Shown one piece after another: positions 14,437 to 24,623 of a DNA stretch of 59,526 bases. Source of the stretch: a virus (taxonomy: Duplodnaviria; Caudoviricetes); the IMG/VR virus record IMGVR_UViG_3300032330_001422, positions 1 to 59,526 of that record; one strand, written 5' to 3'. The notes under the pieces are model-generated. The model did no database searches, was not told the origin of the DNA, and saw nothing but the letters and a program-made list of their open reading frames with translations. The position numbers were made by a program, and so were the translations under genes. Numbering within the stretch: position 1 is the stretch's first letter; every line of letters begins with the position of its first letter.

Positions 14437-15721
14437 AAAAGAACTAATTAGAAACTTTATTAAAGAAGTACAAAAAACACAATTTGTACCTGAATATTGT
14501 CATAACCTTAAAGGTGCTAAGAATAAAGTATATTATTCGGGACCATTGATGGATGAAGAAGAACTTACTGAAGCTATTGATTCATTATTGTTTGGCAAGT
14601 GGTTTGTTAGTGGTGAAAAGGTATATCAGTTTGAACGAGAATTTAGCAAAACTGTAAACCAAAAGTACTCTGTAATGGTCAATTCTGGCAGTTCAGCCAA
14701 TCTAGTAATGATCGCTGCACTTAAACAATACTTCAAATGGACCTCAACTGATGAAATTCTAATTTCTGTAGTAGGATTTCCCACCACTTTAAATCCAGTT
14801 ATTCAAGCCGGTTTGAAGCCAGTATTCGTAGATATTGAATACGATACCCTAAACTTTGATTTGGATGAATTAATAAAGAAGATTACTTCAAATACCAAAG
14901 CTATCTTCGTATCTCCTGTATTGGGTAATCCTCCAGATATGGATAGATTGGTTAAAATCGCTAAAACCCACAACCTTGAAATCATTATGGATGGTTGTGA
15001 CAGTTATGGTAGTAAGTGGAACGGTAAACATTTGGATGAATATGCTATTGCTACCAGTTGCAGTTTCTATCCAGCACATCACATTACTACTGGTGAGGGG
15101 GGTATGGTCAGTTCAAACGTAGAAGAAATTGTTAAACTAGCTAGAACATTTGCTTGGTGGGGTAGAGATTGTTTTTGTGTTGGTCCAGCAAATCTATTAA
15201 AGAATGGTAGTTGCAATTGCAGATTCAGTCAGTGGATCAAAGAACTTCCATATGAAATTGACCACAAATACTTTTTCTCACAAATTGGTTACAACCTAAA
15301 GCCTCTTGATCTACAAGGTGGTATCGGATTAGCTCAATTAAAGAAAGCTGATGGTATTCATGAATCCCGAAAGAAAAACAAGGATGTTATCCAAAGTATT
15401 CTATCCGTCATTAAGGGATTGAAGTTCCCAACAAAACATGACAAAGCAGATGTATCTTGGTTTGGTGTACCGGTAATTTGTGAATCGTTTGAACAAAAGT
15501 CTAAGTTGGTACTTTATCTCGAAACAAATGGTATTCAGACACGTAATTACTTTGCTGGTAACATTCTACTACATCCAGCATACACACATCTAGAAAGTTG
15601 GAAGAACTATCCAAACGCTACAAATGTACTTGGCAATGTGTTTTTCTTGGGATCTTCACCAACACTAACTCAAGACAATCTAGACTACATGAAAGAAGTT
15701 ATTGAAAAGTATGAAAATTGA
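14429..15721 (+). CDS. rfbH: NDP-4-keto-6-deoxyglucose 3-dehydrase (RfbH/DdhC type)
   Basis: NSGSSANL, SFYPAHHITTGEGG (His in place of the PLP Lys), WGRDCFC...CNC Fe-S motif, GYNLK; start at MNKKE. Confidence 0.92.
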   Translation: MNKKELIRNFIKEVQKTQFVPEYCHNLKGAKNKVYYSGPLMDEEELTEAIDSLLFGKWFVSGEKVYQFEREFSKTVNQKYSVMVNSGSSANLVMIAALKQYFKWTSTDEILISVVGFPTTLNPVIQAGLKPVFVDIEYDTLNFDLDELIKKITSNTKAIFVSPVLGNPPDMDRLVKIAKTHNLEIIMDGCDSYGSKWNGKHLDEYAIATSCSFYPAHHITTGEGGMVSSNVEEIVKLARTFAWWGRDCFCVGPANLLKNGSCNCRFSQWIKELPYEIDHKYFFSQIGYNLKPLDLQGGIGLAQLKKADGIHESRKKNKDVIQSILSVIKGLKFPTKHDKADVSWFGVPVICESFEQKSKLVLYLETNGIQTRNYFAGNILLHPAYTHLESWKNYPNATNVLGNVFFLGSSPTLTQDNLDYMKEVIEKYEN

Positions 15722-16526
15722 TTTATTTGGTGGTACAGGATTTGTAGGCGGTAATTTCAAACGATTGTACAACGAAACTATTCATGTACATGAAAGAGAA
15801 GATAATATGCCGGTACATGAAAATGTATTGTACATGATTAGTACCACCCATAATTATCATGTTTTTGACAACGTTCATAAAGATGTAGAAACAAATCTAA
15901 CTAAATTACTTAACGTATTACAAAATTGTAAAGATAAAAACATAGTTTTCAATTTTGTTAGTAGTTGGTTTGTATATGGAGATGTTGAGTTACCGGCAAA
16001 AGAAGATGGTTGTTGTAAACCAAAAGGATTTTACAGTATCACCAAACGATGTGCCGAAGACTTGATTATAAGCTATTGTGAAACATTCAATATTAGATAC
16101 AGAATACTAAGATTGTGTAATGTATATGGTCCGTCCGATGGAGGTGTATCTAAACAAAAGAACGCTTTACAATATCTAATCAACGAAATAAAATCGAATA
16201 ACGAAATCAAATTATATTATGACGGCGATTTTATTAGAGACTATATGCACGTAGACGATGTGTGTAAAGCTATATACTCTGTATTGTACCGTGCAGATTA
16301 TAATCAAATTATTAATATTGGTAGCGGTATACCACAAAAGTTTAGAGATATAATCGACTTTGTTATAAAGGAAACCAATAGCACCAGCAAAATTACCGCT
16401 ATCGATGCTGTAGATTTTCACAAGATTGTACAAGTAAAAGACATGTATCTGGATGTCAGTAATTTAAATCGGTTAGGATTTAAACAATGTATTAATATTT
16501 ACGAAGGAATTAAAACACTATTATGA
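15711..16526 (+). CDS. NAD-dependent epimerase/reductase (extended SDR)
   Basis: GGTGFVG, SSWFVYG, YSITK (YxxxK), RDYMHVDD. Confidence 0.9.
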   Translation: MKIDLFGGTGFVGGNFKRLYNETIHVHEREDNMPVHENVLYMISTTHNYHVFDNVHKDVETNLTKLLNVLQNCKDKNIVFNFVSSWFVYGDVELPAKEDGCCKPKGFYSITKRCAEDLIISYCETFNIRYRILRLCNVYGPSDGGVSKQKNALQYLINEIKSNNEIKLYYDGDFIRDYMHVDDVCKAIYSVLYRADYNQIINIGSGIPQKFRDIIDFVIKETNSTSKITAIDAVDFHKIVQVKDMYLDVSNLNRLGFKQCINIYEGIKTLL

Positions 16527-17479
16527 ATATATTAGTTACAGGAGGAAGCGGATTTATAGGCAGTCATTTCATTGAAGAGTTTCTTAAACGAAATGATGTA
16601 ACCAAACTATATAATCTAGATGCAAATACATATGCGGCTAACAAAACTCTACCGTTTGAAAATGACAGTAGATATCAAAAGTTAACGATGGACATTGCGG
16701 CTCCATATTTTCCGAGTCAAAAAAGTTATCTTGATTCTTTAAATTTGGATTATGTTGTACACTTTGCTGCAGAATCACATGTTGATAATTCCATCAAAAA
16801 TCCAAAAAAGTTTATTGATACAAATATAACAGGCACATTTAATCTACTAGAAATGTTCAAAGATACAAAAATTAAGAAGTTTATTCATGTATCTACAGAC
16901 GAAGTATTTGGTAGTCTGAGTTATAAAGAAAGAGAATTTAACATTGACAGTCCATATCGTCCAAATAGTCCGTATGCAGCAAGCAAAGCAGCTAGTGATC
17001 TACTGGTGAGAAGTTATGTTAAAACTTATAATTTCCCAGCTATAATTACAAATTGTAGCAACAACTTTGGTCCAAGACAGTTCCCAGAAAAACTTATTCC
17101 TGTTTGTATTGATAAGTTAAAAAAGAAAGAAAAGATTCCGTTATATGGAAATGGATCAAATATAAGAGATTGGATCTATGTTAAAGATCATGTTAATGCC
17201 CTAATTAATGTTCTATTAGACGGTATTGCTGGAAAACAGTATTTGATTGGGGGAAACAACGAGATATCTAATATACAACTAATACATTCGATTGTTGCTG
17301 TATACGAAACTGTCACTAATCAAAAAGTTGACTGGGAATGGTTTGAATACGTAACTGATCGAAAAGGTCACGACTTTAGGTATGCAATTGATACTAAAGA
17401 CTTTGAAATAGAGTTCAAAAACTTCAAACTTACAGACTTTAATGAAAACTTAAAATCAACTGTACAAAGTTACTTATAG
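16523..17479 (+). CDS. rmlB: dTDP-glucose 4,6-dehydratase
   Basis: GGSGFIGS, HFAAESHVDNSI, HVSTDEVFG, YAASK, QFPEKLIP, DRKGHDFRYA. Confidence 0.96.
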   Translation: MNILVTGGSGFIGSHFIEEFLKRNDVTKLYNLDANTYAANKTLPFENDSRYQKLTMDIAAPYFPSQKSYLDSLNLDYVVHFAAESHVDNSIKNPKKFIDTNITGTFNLLEMFKDTKIKKFIHVSTDEVFGSLSYKEREFNIDSPYRPNSPYAASKAASDLLVRSYVKTYNFPAIITNCSNNFGPRQFPEKLIPVCIDKLKKKEKIPLYGNGSNIRDWIYVKDHVNALINVLLDGIAGKQYLIGGNNEISNIQLIHSIVAVYETVTNQKVDWEWFEYVTDRKGHDFRYAIDTKDFEIEFKNFKLTDFNENLKSTVQSYL

Positions 17480-17842
17480 TGTTTTTGTGTATATAGCTAA
17501 TTTTGGATTTGCATATCCAAATTTTTTAACTAATTGTCCAGCAACACTGTTTGCTTCGTCTTCAATTTCACCACCAATATCTTGAGCAGGCATTTCTAAC
17601 TTACCGGTCTCATTTTGTTGGTGGTGAATTAGTTCGTGAGCTATACTACGTAAAACATCTGCCAATCCTCTATTTTTACAATAAACTTTAACGTCGCCAT
17701 TTGTTTGATTGTAATAAGCATATGTTCGTAAATCATCATCACGTTGTTTTACCAACTTAACTTTAAAAGGTTGATTTAAAGCTAGTTCATCACTAACAAA
17801 CTTAATGAATTTTAAAATTGTGTATTTATCTAATTTATCCAT
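17474..17842 (-). CDS. zincin-like metallopeptidase domain protein
   Basis: LRSIAHELIHHQQ...EDEANS (HExxH plus downstream E). Confidence 0.75.
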   Translation of the reverse strand: MDKLDKYTILKFIKFVSDELALNQPFKVKLVKQRDDDLRTYAYYNQTNGDVKVYCKNRGLADVLRSIAHELIHHQQNETGKLEMPAQDIGGEIEDEANSVAGQLVKKFGYANPKLAIYTKTL

Positions 17843-17843
17843 A

Positions 17844-18296
17844 TTAGAGTCCTGCTTCTTTATAAGACATAGTTACTTTACATTCATCAATCAAGCGTTT
17901 ACGATTCTGTAAATGAAGATTTTTTATATTGTCTTTGTTTTCCCCAAGATATTTTACCGCAAATCCATCTGATACCAACAATGTATTCAACACTTCTTTT
18001 GATTCTGGGTTGATAATTTCACCCAACAATCTACCAAATTTTTCAACATCGTCACTCTTGTGAGTACGAATAATTACTTCTTTCTTACAATTTTCGACGA
18101 AAGCCTTGGTATAATCTTTGCTTGCTAAACCGAAAACTTTTTCAACTTTATCACTTGTACGACTTTCAGGAGTATCAACCCCCAACAATCTTACACTTTG
18201 ATTAGATAGCACCACATTAAAACCCAAGTCAATGTCAACAACAATAGTGTCACCATCTACAACTTGAGTAACTCTTGCGTGGTATTCGTAGGGCAT
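17844..18296 (-). CDS. thermonuclease (SNase-like)
   Basis: VVDGDTI, VRLLGVDTPE, EKFGRLLG. Confidence 0.92.
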   Translation of the reverse strand: MPYEYHARVTQVVDGDTIVVDIDLGFNVVLSNQSVRLLGVDTPESRTSDKVEKVFGLASKDYTKAFVENCKKEVIIRTHKSDDVEKFGRLLGEIINPESKEVLNTLLVSDGFAVKYLGENKDNIKNLHLQNRKRLIDECKVTMSYKEAGL

Positions 18297-18297
18297 A

Positions 18298-18657
18298 TTA
18301 GGATAACGTTAAAAGATATTTTAGTTTATTCAACTGACCCAACATTTCATCTCTGATATTAAGAAGATCCGTGTCAGTAGATTCTAATCCTTTTGGAAGT
18401 TCGTTCACTAAATAATCAACATATTTATCACATAAATCCATCGGTGATAAATCTTTATAATTAGACAATTCAATTTTAAAACCATCACGGCTTTCAATTC
18501 TACCATATTTACCCATGAAAACTTCAATAAATTCGTCTATTAAATCCGCAAATTCGTCATATGCACCACCAAGTGCTTGATGTTCAGCATAACTTTTTGT
18601 TTGCCAGTGATTGATCTTTAATTGATTGTGTAAAGTTAATAAGTTCGTGACTATCAT
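18298..18657 (-). CDS. ferritin/Dps-like four-helix protein
   Basis: HWQTKSYAEHQALG..YD....LIDEFIE, DLLNIRDEM....NKLKYLL. Confidence 0.8.
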   Translation of the reverse strand: MIVTNLLTLHNQLKINHWQTKSYAEHQALGGAYDEFADLIDEFIEVFMGKYGRIESRDGFKIELSNYKDLSPMDLCDKYVDYLVNELPKGLESTDTDLLNIRDEMLGQLNKLKYLLTLS

Positions 18658-18681
18658 ATATGTTATAAATATAACACAAAA

Positions 18682-18879
18682 TCAAGTAACAACTTCTACT
18701 TTACAGTTTTTCTTATCAAATATTGCTTCGTCTATTAAATATCTGACAATACAATCACATCTATCTTTAAATTCAACAAAAGATAGTTCATCGGGTTTCC
18801 ATATACGAACGGTGTTAATATCTTTTATTTCAAAGCGAATACCATTCACTAACCCCTTTCTTTTGATGATAAGATCCAT
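18682..18879 (-). CDS. hypothetical protein
   Basis: 65-aa ORF; TATTTATA 3 nt before the ATG. Confidence 0.55.
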   Translation of the reverse strand: MDLIIKRKGLVNGIRFEIKDINTVRIWKPDELSFVEFKDRCDCIVRYLIDEAIFDKKNCKVEVVT

Positions 18880-18943
18880 GGGTATAAATATACTGTAATA
18901 TAATCAATATGTAAATATAAAAAAATTTCAAGTACAAAATGTA

Positions 18944-19435
18944 ATGACTGTTAACTATATATTGAAAATGAAAGATGAGTTACAAAGTTATCTAAAGAAA
19001 AAGTTTCCGTTGTTATACCCACAGAATTTTTCATTCGATTGTGATGATGGTTGGTTTAGACTTTTACTGTGGTTGAGTCGATATCTAGACATGTACGTCA
19101 CTCAACAAAATGAAATGGCCAAAACAAATCCACAATATTATCAATCTGTTAAACAAATTGTAGCTAGACAGATAAAACAAAAGTTTGGCACATTAAGATT
19201 TTATTGTGACGGAGGTGATGAACACACAAAATCGATAATTGAATACACTACATTTATATCAGGTTATATATGCGAACAAACAGGCAATACTAATGATGTA
19301 GGTTATAACCACAATGGATTTGTACAAGTACTACACAAAGATTTAGCTAAAAATAAAAACGATTTTAACTTCGTTGATGACGAAGAGTTACGAACAATAC
19401 TAAAAACATATGACCAAAAAACTAATGATCAATAA
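18944..19435 (+). CDS. hypothetical phage protein
   Basis: CDDGW...QIKQKFGTLRFY...CEQTG motif seen in many phage proteins. Confidence 0.7.
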   Translation: MTVNYILKMKDELQSYLKKKFPLLYPQNFSFDCDDGWFRLLLWLSRYLDMYVTQQNEMAKTNPQYYQSVKQIVARQIKQKFGTLRFYCDGGDEHTKSIIEYTTFISGYICEQTGNTNDVGYNHNGFVQVLHKDLAKNKNDFNFVDDEELRTILKTYDQKTNDQ

Positions 19436-20009
19436 TGATGATATATCGGATGTATCTCAAGATAAACAAAAATTCGTCTCTGTCATTGACAATAACGAGT
19501 TATACTTCTACAACGATGTAAATACAGAATCCGCACTAATAGTAAACAAAACTCTGAGTGATCTAGCTAGACAATTGTTAATAGCTAAAATTACATTTGA
19601 TCTACAAGAAACTCCTCACATCAAATTGCACATCAATAGTGACGGAGGAGAAGTATTCGGCGCATTGAGTATAGTGGATAGAATACAATCATCGAAAGTG
19701 CCTGTACACTCATATGCAGAAGGATTAGTAGCAAGTGCTAGTACATTAATCAGTGTAAGTTGTCACAAACGTTATATACGTAAAAATACTATCTTATTAA
19801 TTCATCAAGTAAGAAGTTGGTTTGAAGGTACATATGAAGACTTTAACGACGAAAAACAAAATATGGACTTGATAATGAAAGTTGTAAAAGACATATATTT
19901 GAAACATACAAAGTTTACCGAAGACGAATTAAATACACTGTTGAAACGTGACATTTATTTGAACGCAGAAGACGCAATCAAGTACGGATTAGCTGATGAA
20001 ATCGTCTAG
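19410..20009 (+). CDS. clpP: ClpP-like serine protease
   Basis: LHINSDGGEV, GLVASAS (catalytic Ser), LLIHQ (His), RDIYLNAEDAIKYGLADEI. Confidence 0.88.
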   Translation: MTKKLMINNDDISDVSQDKQKFVSVIDNNELYFYNDVNTESALIVNKTLSDLARQLLIAKITFDLQETPHIKLHINSDGGEVFGALSIVDRIQSSKVPVHSYAEGLVASASTLISVSCHKRYIRKNTILLIHQVRSWFEGTYEDFNDEKQNMDLIMKVVKDIYLKHTKFTEDELNTLLKRDIYLNAEDAIKYGLADEIV

Positions 20010-20328
20010 AGATAAAGAGGGATACGTATATATTATTAGCAACTGTAACTTCCCAGGTTGGATAAAAATAGGGGTTACTAATGATATAAAGGCAAGATTA
20101 CGTACATATCAAACATCATCACCTCTACGTAACTATAAGATTGAACACTATATTCAACATCCCGATTGTTATGAAGCTGAAAAAAAAATAGCTGATAAAT
20201 TAAGATACTTTGCTACCGAAATCAAAAATGAATGGTTCAAATGTAACTTGGAAATTGTAAAGGGAAAAGTAGATGAAAGTCTCGACCCCGAAGAAAATGT
20301 GTTGACTTTTATAAAAAAGAGTGTATAG
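19996..20328 (+). CDS. GIY-YIG nuclease (T5orf172-like)
   Basis: GYVYII, WIKIGVT, RLRTYQTSSP, EWF. Confidence 0.88.
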   Translation: MKSSRDKEGYVYIISNCNFPGWIKIGVTNDIKARLRTYQTSSPLRNYKIEHYIQHPDCYEAEKKIADKLRYFATEIKNEWFKCNLEIVKGKVDESLDPEENVLTFIKKSV

Positions 20329-20341
20329 TTATAGTATAGTT

Positions 20342-20986
20342 ATGAATACAATAGCTAACAAATTGATCTGTCTGAGTCTAAACTCTAGCTGGCAACCAAT
20401 TGGTTTCAAAACCGTAAAAGATGCAATTATTGATCTTTGTGGGGCTGAAGTTGATGGCAAGCCTTCTAGTTTGGCTTTAGACATTGATTATGAGATGAAT
20501 GAAAACGGAGAGCCAAATCTCTCTGTTCCAACCACTATGAATCCCGTAAGTTGGAGTGAATGGTTAAAACTACCTATTCGTCCATGGGATCTTGTGATCA
20601 ATTCAGCTCACATGTCAGTTCGTGTGCCAACTGTAATCATTGCTGTTAACTTTAATAAGATGCCTGTAAAGTCGTTTAAAGGTAAACCTAGTAAAGATGC
20701 AATTTATAACCGTGATAACGGTATTTGTCAGTATACTGGCAAAAAGATTGATCGTAACACTGCTACAGTAGACCACATTCTACCTCGTAGTAAAGGTGGA
20801 GAAGACAGTTGGACCAATCTAGTATTGTGTTCACGGGATATCAACTCTAAGAAAGGTAATCGTTTGAACAGCGAAGCTGGACTAAAGTTGATCAAACAGC
20901 CACATATTCCACAACCAGTTCCAGTGTCGGCTTTGATAAAAGAAGCAAAACACAAAGACTGGGAACACTTTTTAATGGGTGTTTAA
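20342..20986 (+). CDS. HNH endonuclease (McrA-like)
   Basis: LNSSWQP, RDNGICQYTG, TVDHILPRSKGG..SWTNLV..N..KGN; TTGACT-17-TATAGT promoter upstream. Confidence 0.9.
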   Translation: MNTIANKLICLSLNSSWQPIGFKTVKDAIIDLCGAEVDGKPSSLALDIDYEMNENGEPNLSVPTTMNPVSWSEWLKLPIRPWDLVINSAHMSVRVPTVIIAVNFNKMPVKSFKGKPSKDAIYNRDNGICQYTGKKIDRNTATVDHILPRSKGGEDSWTNLVLCSRDINSKKGNRLNSEAGLKLIKQPHIPQPVPVSALIKEAKHKDWEHFLMGV

Positions 20987-20991
20987 ACCAC

Positions 20992-21024
20992 AAAAGATAT
21001 AATCTTCGGATTATATCTTTTTTT
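20992..21024 (+). terminator. intrinsic terminator
   Basis: AAAAGATATAATC-TTCG-GATTATATCTTTT plus T-run. Confidence 0.75.
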
Positions 21025-21042
21025 TATTTATATTTATTGTAT

Positions 21043-21633
21043 GTGGATCAATACAATAAATTTTTATTAGAAACCTACAAAGGTGGATTACGTGCTTGGT
21101 TTGGCAAAGGACCTGTAGGCAGTACATCTGGTGGGGGGTGGGATCGTTATGACAGTACCGGCAAAAAAGCTGGTAAATGTGGCGATGCTAAACAAGGAAG
21201 TAGTTACAGTGCTTGTTTGGGTAAAAAGTATGCTGCTAGAATAAGAGCAAAAGGCGGCAAAAAAGCAATTGCTAATTGGGTTAAACGTAAAAAAGCAGCA
21301 CAAAGATCTGCTGGTAGAGGAGAAAAAGGTAGTGGTGGTAAAGGACAATCTCCTGTAAGAGTGAGTTATAAAGAAGAATTGAGTGAAATATTTGTAATTG
21401 ATCAAAGAGAAAATTTAAAACAAGATCTAATAAAATTTTTACGTCAAGAATTTCAAAATGGTAATTTACAAGCGGTTCATGGTGGTATAAGTACCACAGA
21501 ATTTAAACCAGAAGATTGGTTAGAAGCAATTGCGGATCATACAATCAATCACATGATTCAATATTTTGAAACTATACGCAGTCAAACTGAACGTAACATT
21601 TATTCGTCTGTTCCAATATCTTCTAACGAATAA
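21043..21633 (+). CDS. hypothetical basic/Gly-rich protein, probable virion protein
   Basis: LLE|TYKGGLRAWF...W...C...C basic module flanked by acidic segments; GTG start 4 nt after TATTTATT. Confidence 0.65.
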   Translation: MDQYNKFLLETYKGGLRAWFGKGPVGSTSGGGWDRYDSTGKKAGKCGDAKQGSSYSACLGKKYAARIRAKGGKKAIANWVKRKKAAQRSAGRGEKGSGGKGQSPVRVSYKEELSEIFVIDQRENLKQDLIKFLRQEFQNGNLQAVHGGISTTEFKPEDWLEAIADHTINHMIQYFETIRSQTERNIYSSVPISSNE

Positions 21634-21688
21634 TATAATATTTAAAGTAGTTGATCGTTACATAGTTATATAGTACTATAAGAAATAT

Positions 21689-21988
21689 ATGAGTTACTAT
21701 ATCAAAGATACAACAATAGACAAAGTAGTCACATTCGATGACCCAAATGATGTCGTTAGCTATTTGGAGAATCTATGTCGCACCAAACTTCGTAAAACCC
21801 GCAAAGAACTAATGTTTGAGATGGAAAGTCTCGGACATGGATTTGATGATCGTCAAGGAGTGAATTTTACTGCTATGATGGGTGAATACTTTGAAGTGGG
21901 AGCACTAAAGAAAGATGGTAGAATGGTTCGAACCAACATACATGAGTTGGCTAGAAACTTGAAATATCGTAAAGAAATGGGCGATTAA
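21689..21988 (+). CDS. hypothetical protein
   Basis: 99-aa ORF after a TTGATC-17-TACTAT promoter. Confidence 0.7.
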   Translation: MSYYIKDTTIDKVVTFDDPNDVVSYLENLCRTKLRKTRKELMFEMESLGHGFDDRQGVNFTAMMGEYFEVGALKKDGRMVRTNIHELARNLKYRKEMGD

Positions 21989-21992
21989 GTTT

Positions 21993-24623
21993 ATGATTAA
22001 CTTGGATATCAAGTGGTCCGATCCAGTTCAAATCGAAAAAAACGGTGATGTAACATTTCAACGTGAATGGATAATTGATCCTATTTATCTAAATCAATTC
22101 TTTGCTTACTGGAAAGTAAACAAACTATCATTGAAAAGCAAAGGTTACGGAGTCGTTAAAAGAGAACAAAACTGGGTTCTAACACAAGTCAATGATAATC
22201 CAACGTTATTTAAAGATCCAAAAAAACCCAAACAAAAAGTAGATGAAACGTTGCCATTGTACGAAGTAAAAACTCCAGATGGATTGCGTCCATGGCAAGT
22301 TGGAGCAGTAAGTAAGATCGTATCTTCAATTGAAAAGTGGGGGGCTGCAGTTGATGGTAGTGATGTCGGATGTCATGCAAAAGGACAACCTATATTGATG
22401 TTTGACGGAACCATAAAATTGGTAGAAAATATCGTGGTGAATGATGTGATAATGGGATGGAATGGACCTCAAAAAGTGACATCATTATGTTCTGGAAATG
22501 AACAGATGGTGAAAATTGTTCCTACAAAAGGGGATTCCTTCATTGTCAATATTAATCACATTTTAACTGTAAAAATAACCAAATTACATTCTATTAAAAA
22601 ATCAATTGGTGGATATAAACCCAATGAAATATATGATATCAAAGTGTCTGATTATCTAAAATTACCATTATCAGTAAAAAAACACATGAAACTATTTCGT
22701 GTGGGAGTTGATAATTGGACGACCAAGAATCATCCATTTTCTCCATACTTCATTGGTCTATTGTTAGGTGATGGTGGTTTATCACAACCATCTGTGGTTA
22801 CGTTCACATCAATAGACGATATTTGTTGGCAATCAATTATTGATGAATCTCACAAAAACAATTGGTTATTGGGAAACACCAATGAAACAATAACAAAACG
22901 AATAACAAATGCACCTACATTATTTAAATATTTACGGAATGTGGGATTATTACCAATCAAATGTGAAGATAGATTTATTCCTACGGAGTATAAAATTTGC
23001 AACAAAAATCAAAGATTAGAAATACTTGCTGGTTTATTGGATTCTGATGGTTATTATAGAAACGGGGGTTATGATTTTACTAGTAAATCATATCAACTTG
23101 CAAAAGACGTAGAGTTTATATCACGATCTTTAGGTTTTGCAGCATATATTAAATCAGTCAAAAAGAAATGTACAAATAATGGCGTTGTGGGCGATTATTA
23201 CAATGTTTCAATCAGCGGAAATTGTGAAACAATTCCAACCCGCATCCAAAGAAAAAAGGCAAATATAAGAAATCAAAAGAAAGATGTGTTGGTTGACGGA
23301 TTTACGGTTAAATCTATGTCAAATGATGATTTTTATGGATTTTCACTTGATGGCGATGGTAGATTTCTTCTTGGTGATTTTACAGTTACTCATAATACAG
23401 GTAAAACATATACAGCTACAGCCGTAGCCAGAGAATTAAACATGGACATAATGATTGTGTGTCCTAAAGCAGTTAAAGAAAGTTGGAAACGGGTTATTAA
23501 AAACCATTTTAAGTTATGGGGTAAATGTGTAGGTGTTATTAACTATGAAGCTCTACGCACTGGTAAATCAGATAGTATGTTTGCGTCATATGTAAAACGT
23601 AGAGATACCCATCGTAAAGAATTCGTCTGGAAAATACCCAAAAACACTCTTATTGTGTGGGATGAAGCACAAAAACTAAAGAATGCTAAAACCAAGAACA
23701 GTGAGATGTGTATGGCAGCTCTCAAACAAGGTTACAAAATGTTGTTTTGTAGTGCTACTATGGCTACTAATCCACTTGAACTGCGTACTGTAGGACAGTG
23801 TATTCAATTGTTCAAGAACAACAAACAGTATTATGAATGGGCATATGCACATGGTGTTACTAAAGGTAGATTTGGATTAGAATTTCGTGGTAATACAGAT
23901 GCTTTAAAGAAACTAAGCAATGACATATTTGTTAACAGAGGCGTTCGTCTCAATCGTGATTCCATTCCTAACTTCCCAGAAAGTCAAATTATCGCTGAAT
24001 GTTATGAAATGGATAAAGAAGACCAAGACAAGATTAATTCAGCATATGCAGAAATGCAACTTGAGTTGTTAAAGATTGAAAAATTACTCAAAAAAGATAA
24101 AAAGAGTAGTGAGTTAACAGCAATACTAAGGGCTAGACAAAAAGTAGAAATGATCAAAGTACCATTATTTGTTGAAATGGTAGAAGAAGCTCTTGAAAAC
24201 AATATGAGTGTTGTTGTGTTCTGTAATTTCTCAGAAACTATTGAAGCACTTAGTCAACGATTGAACACTAAGTGTGTTGTTAACGGTGAAGCAAAATATG
24301 CAAAGACTCGTCAACAAAGTATAGATGATTTTCAGGCAGATAAACAAAGGGTTATATTGATAAATCTCGCCGCTGGTGGTGCTGGTTTGAGTTTACACGA
24401 TGTTACTGGTAAGTATCCTCGTTTGGCTTTGATCAGTCCATCTTACTCGGCTGTTAATATGAGACAGGCAACGGGTAGAGTATGGCGTGATAGTGCAAAA
24501 AGTAAAAGTATACAGAAGATTGTGTTTGTGTCAGGCACAGTCGAAGAAAAAGTATGTAACAGTGTAAATCAAAAGTTAGCCAACCTAGATTTACTTAACG
24601 ATGGAGATATGAATTATGTCTAA
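21993..24623 (+). CDS. SF2 (SNF2-like) helicase containing an intein
   Basis: LRPWQ Q-motif, Walker A DVG|TGKT split by the intein, DEAQ, SAT, AGGAGLSL, QATGRVWR. Confidence 0.92.
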   Translation: MINLDIKWSDPVQIEKNGDVTFQREWIIDPIYLNQFFAYWKVNKLSLKSKGYGVVKREQNWVLTQVNDNPTLFKDPKKPKQKVDETLPLYEVKTPDGLRPWQVGAVSKIVSSIEKWGAAVDGSDVGCHAKGQPILMFDGTIKLVENIVVNDVIMGWNGPQKVTSLCSGNEQMVKIVPTKGDSFIVNINHILTVKITKLHSIKKSIGGYKPNEIYDIKVSDYLKLPLSVKKHMKLFRVGVDNWTTKNHPFSPYFIGLLLGDGGLSQPSVVTFTSIDDICWQSIIDESHKNNWLLGNTNETITKRITNAPTLFKYLRNVGLLPIKCEDRFIPTEYKICNKNQRLEILAGLLDSDGYYRNGGYDFTSKSYQLAKDVEFISRSLGFAAYIKSVKKKCTNNGVVGDYYNVSISGNCETIPTRIQRKKANIRNQKKDVLVDGFTVKSMSNDDFYGFSLDGDGRFLLGDFTVTHNTGKTYTATAVARELNMDIMIVCPKAVKESWKRVIKNHFKLWGKCVGVINYEALRTGKSDSMFASYVKRRDTHRKEFVWKIPKNTLIVWDEAQKLKNAKTKNSEMCMAALKQGYKMLFCSATMATNPLELRTVGQCIQLFKNNKQYYEWAYAHGVTKGRFGLEFRGNTDALKKLSNDIFVNRGVRLNRDSIPNFPESQIIAECYEMDKEDQDKINSAYAEMQLELLKIEKLLKKDKKSSELTAILRARQKVEMIKVPLFVEMVEEALENNMSVVVFCNFSETIEALSQRLNTKCVVNGEAKYAKTRQQSIDDFQADKQRVILINLAAGGAGLSLHDVTGKYPRLALISPSYSAVNMRQATGRVWRDSAKSKSIQKIVFVSGTVEEKVCNSVNQKLANLDLLNDGDMNYV
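22371..23396 (+). mobile_element. intein with LAGLIDADG homing endonuclease (342 aa)
   Basis: Starts CHAKGQPILMFDG, block B NINHIL, GLLLGDG and LAGLLDSDG motifs, ends VTHN followed by Thr+1. Confidence 0.95.
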
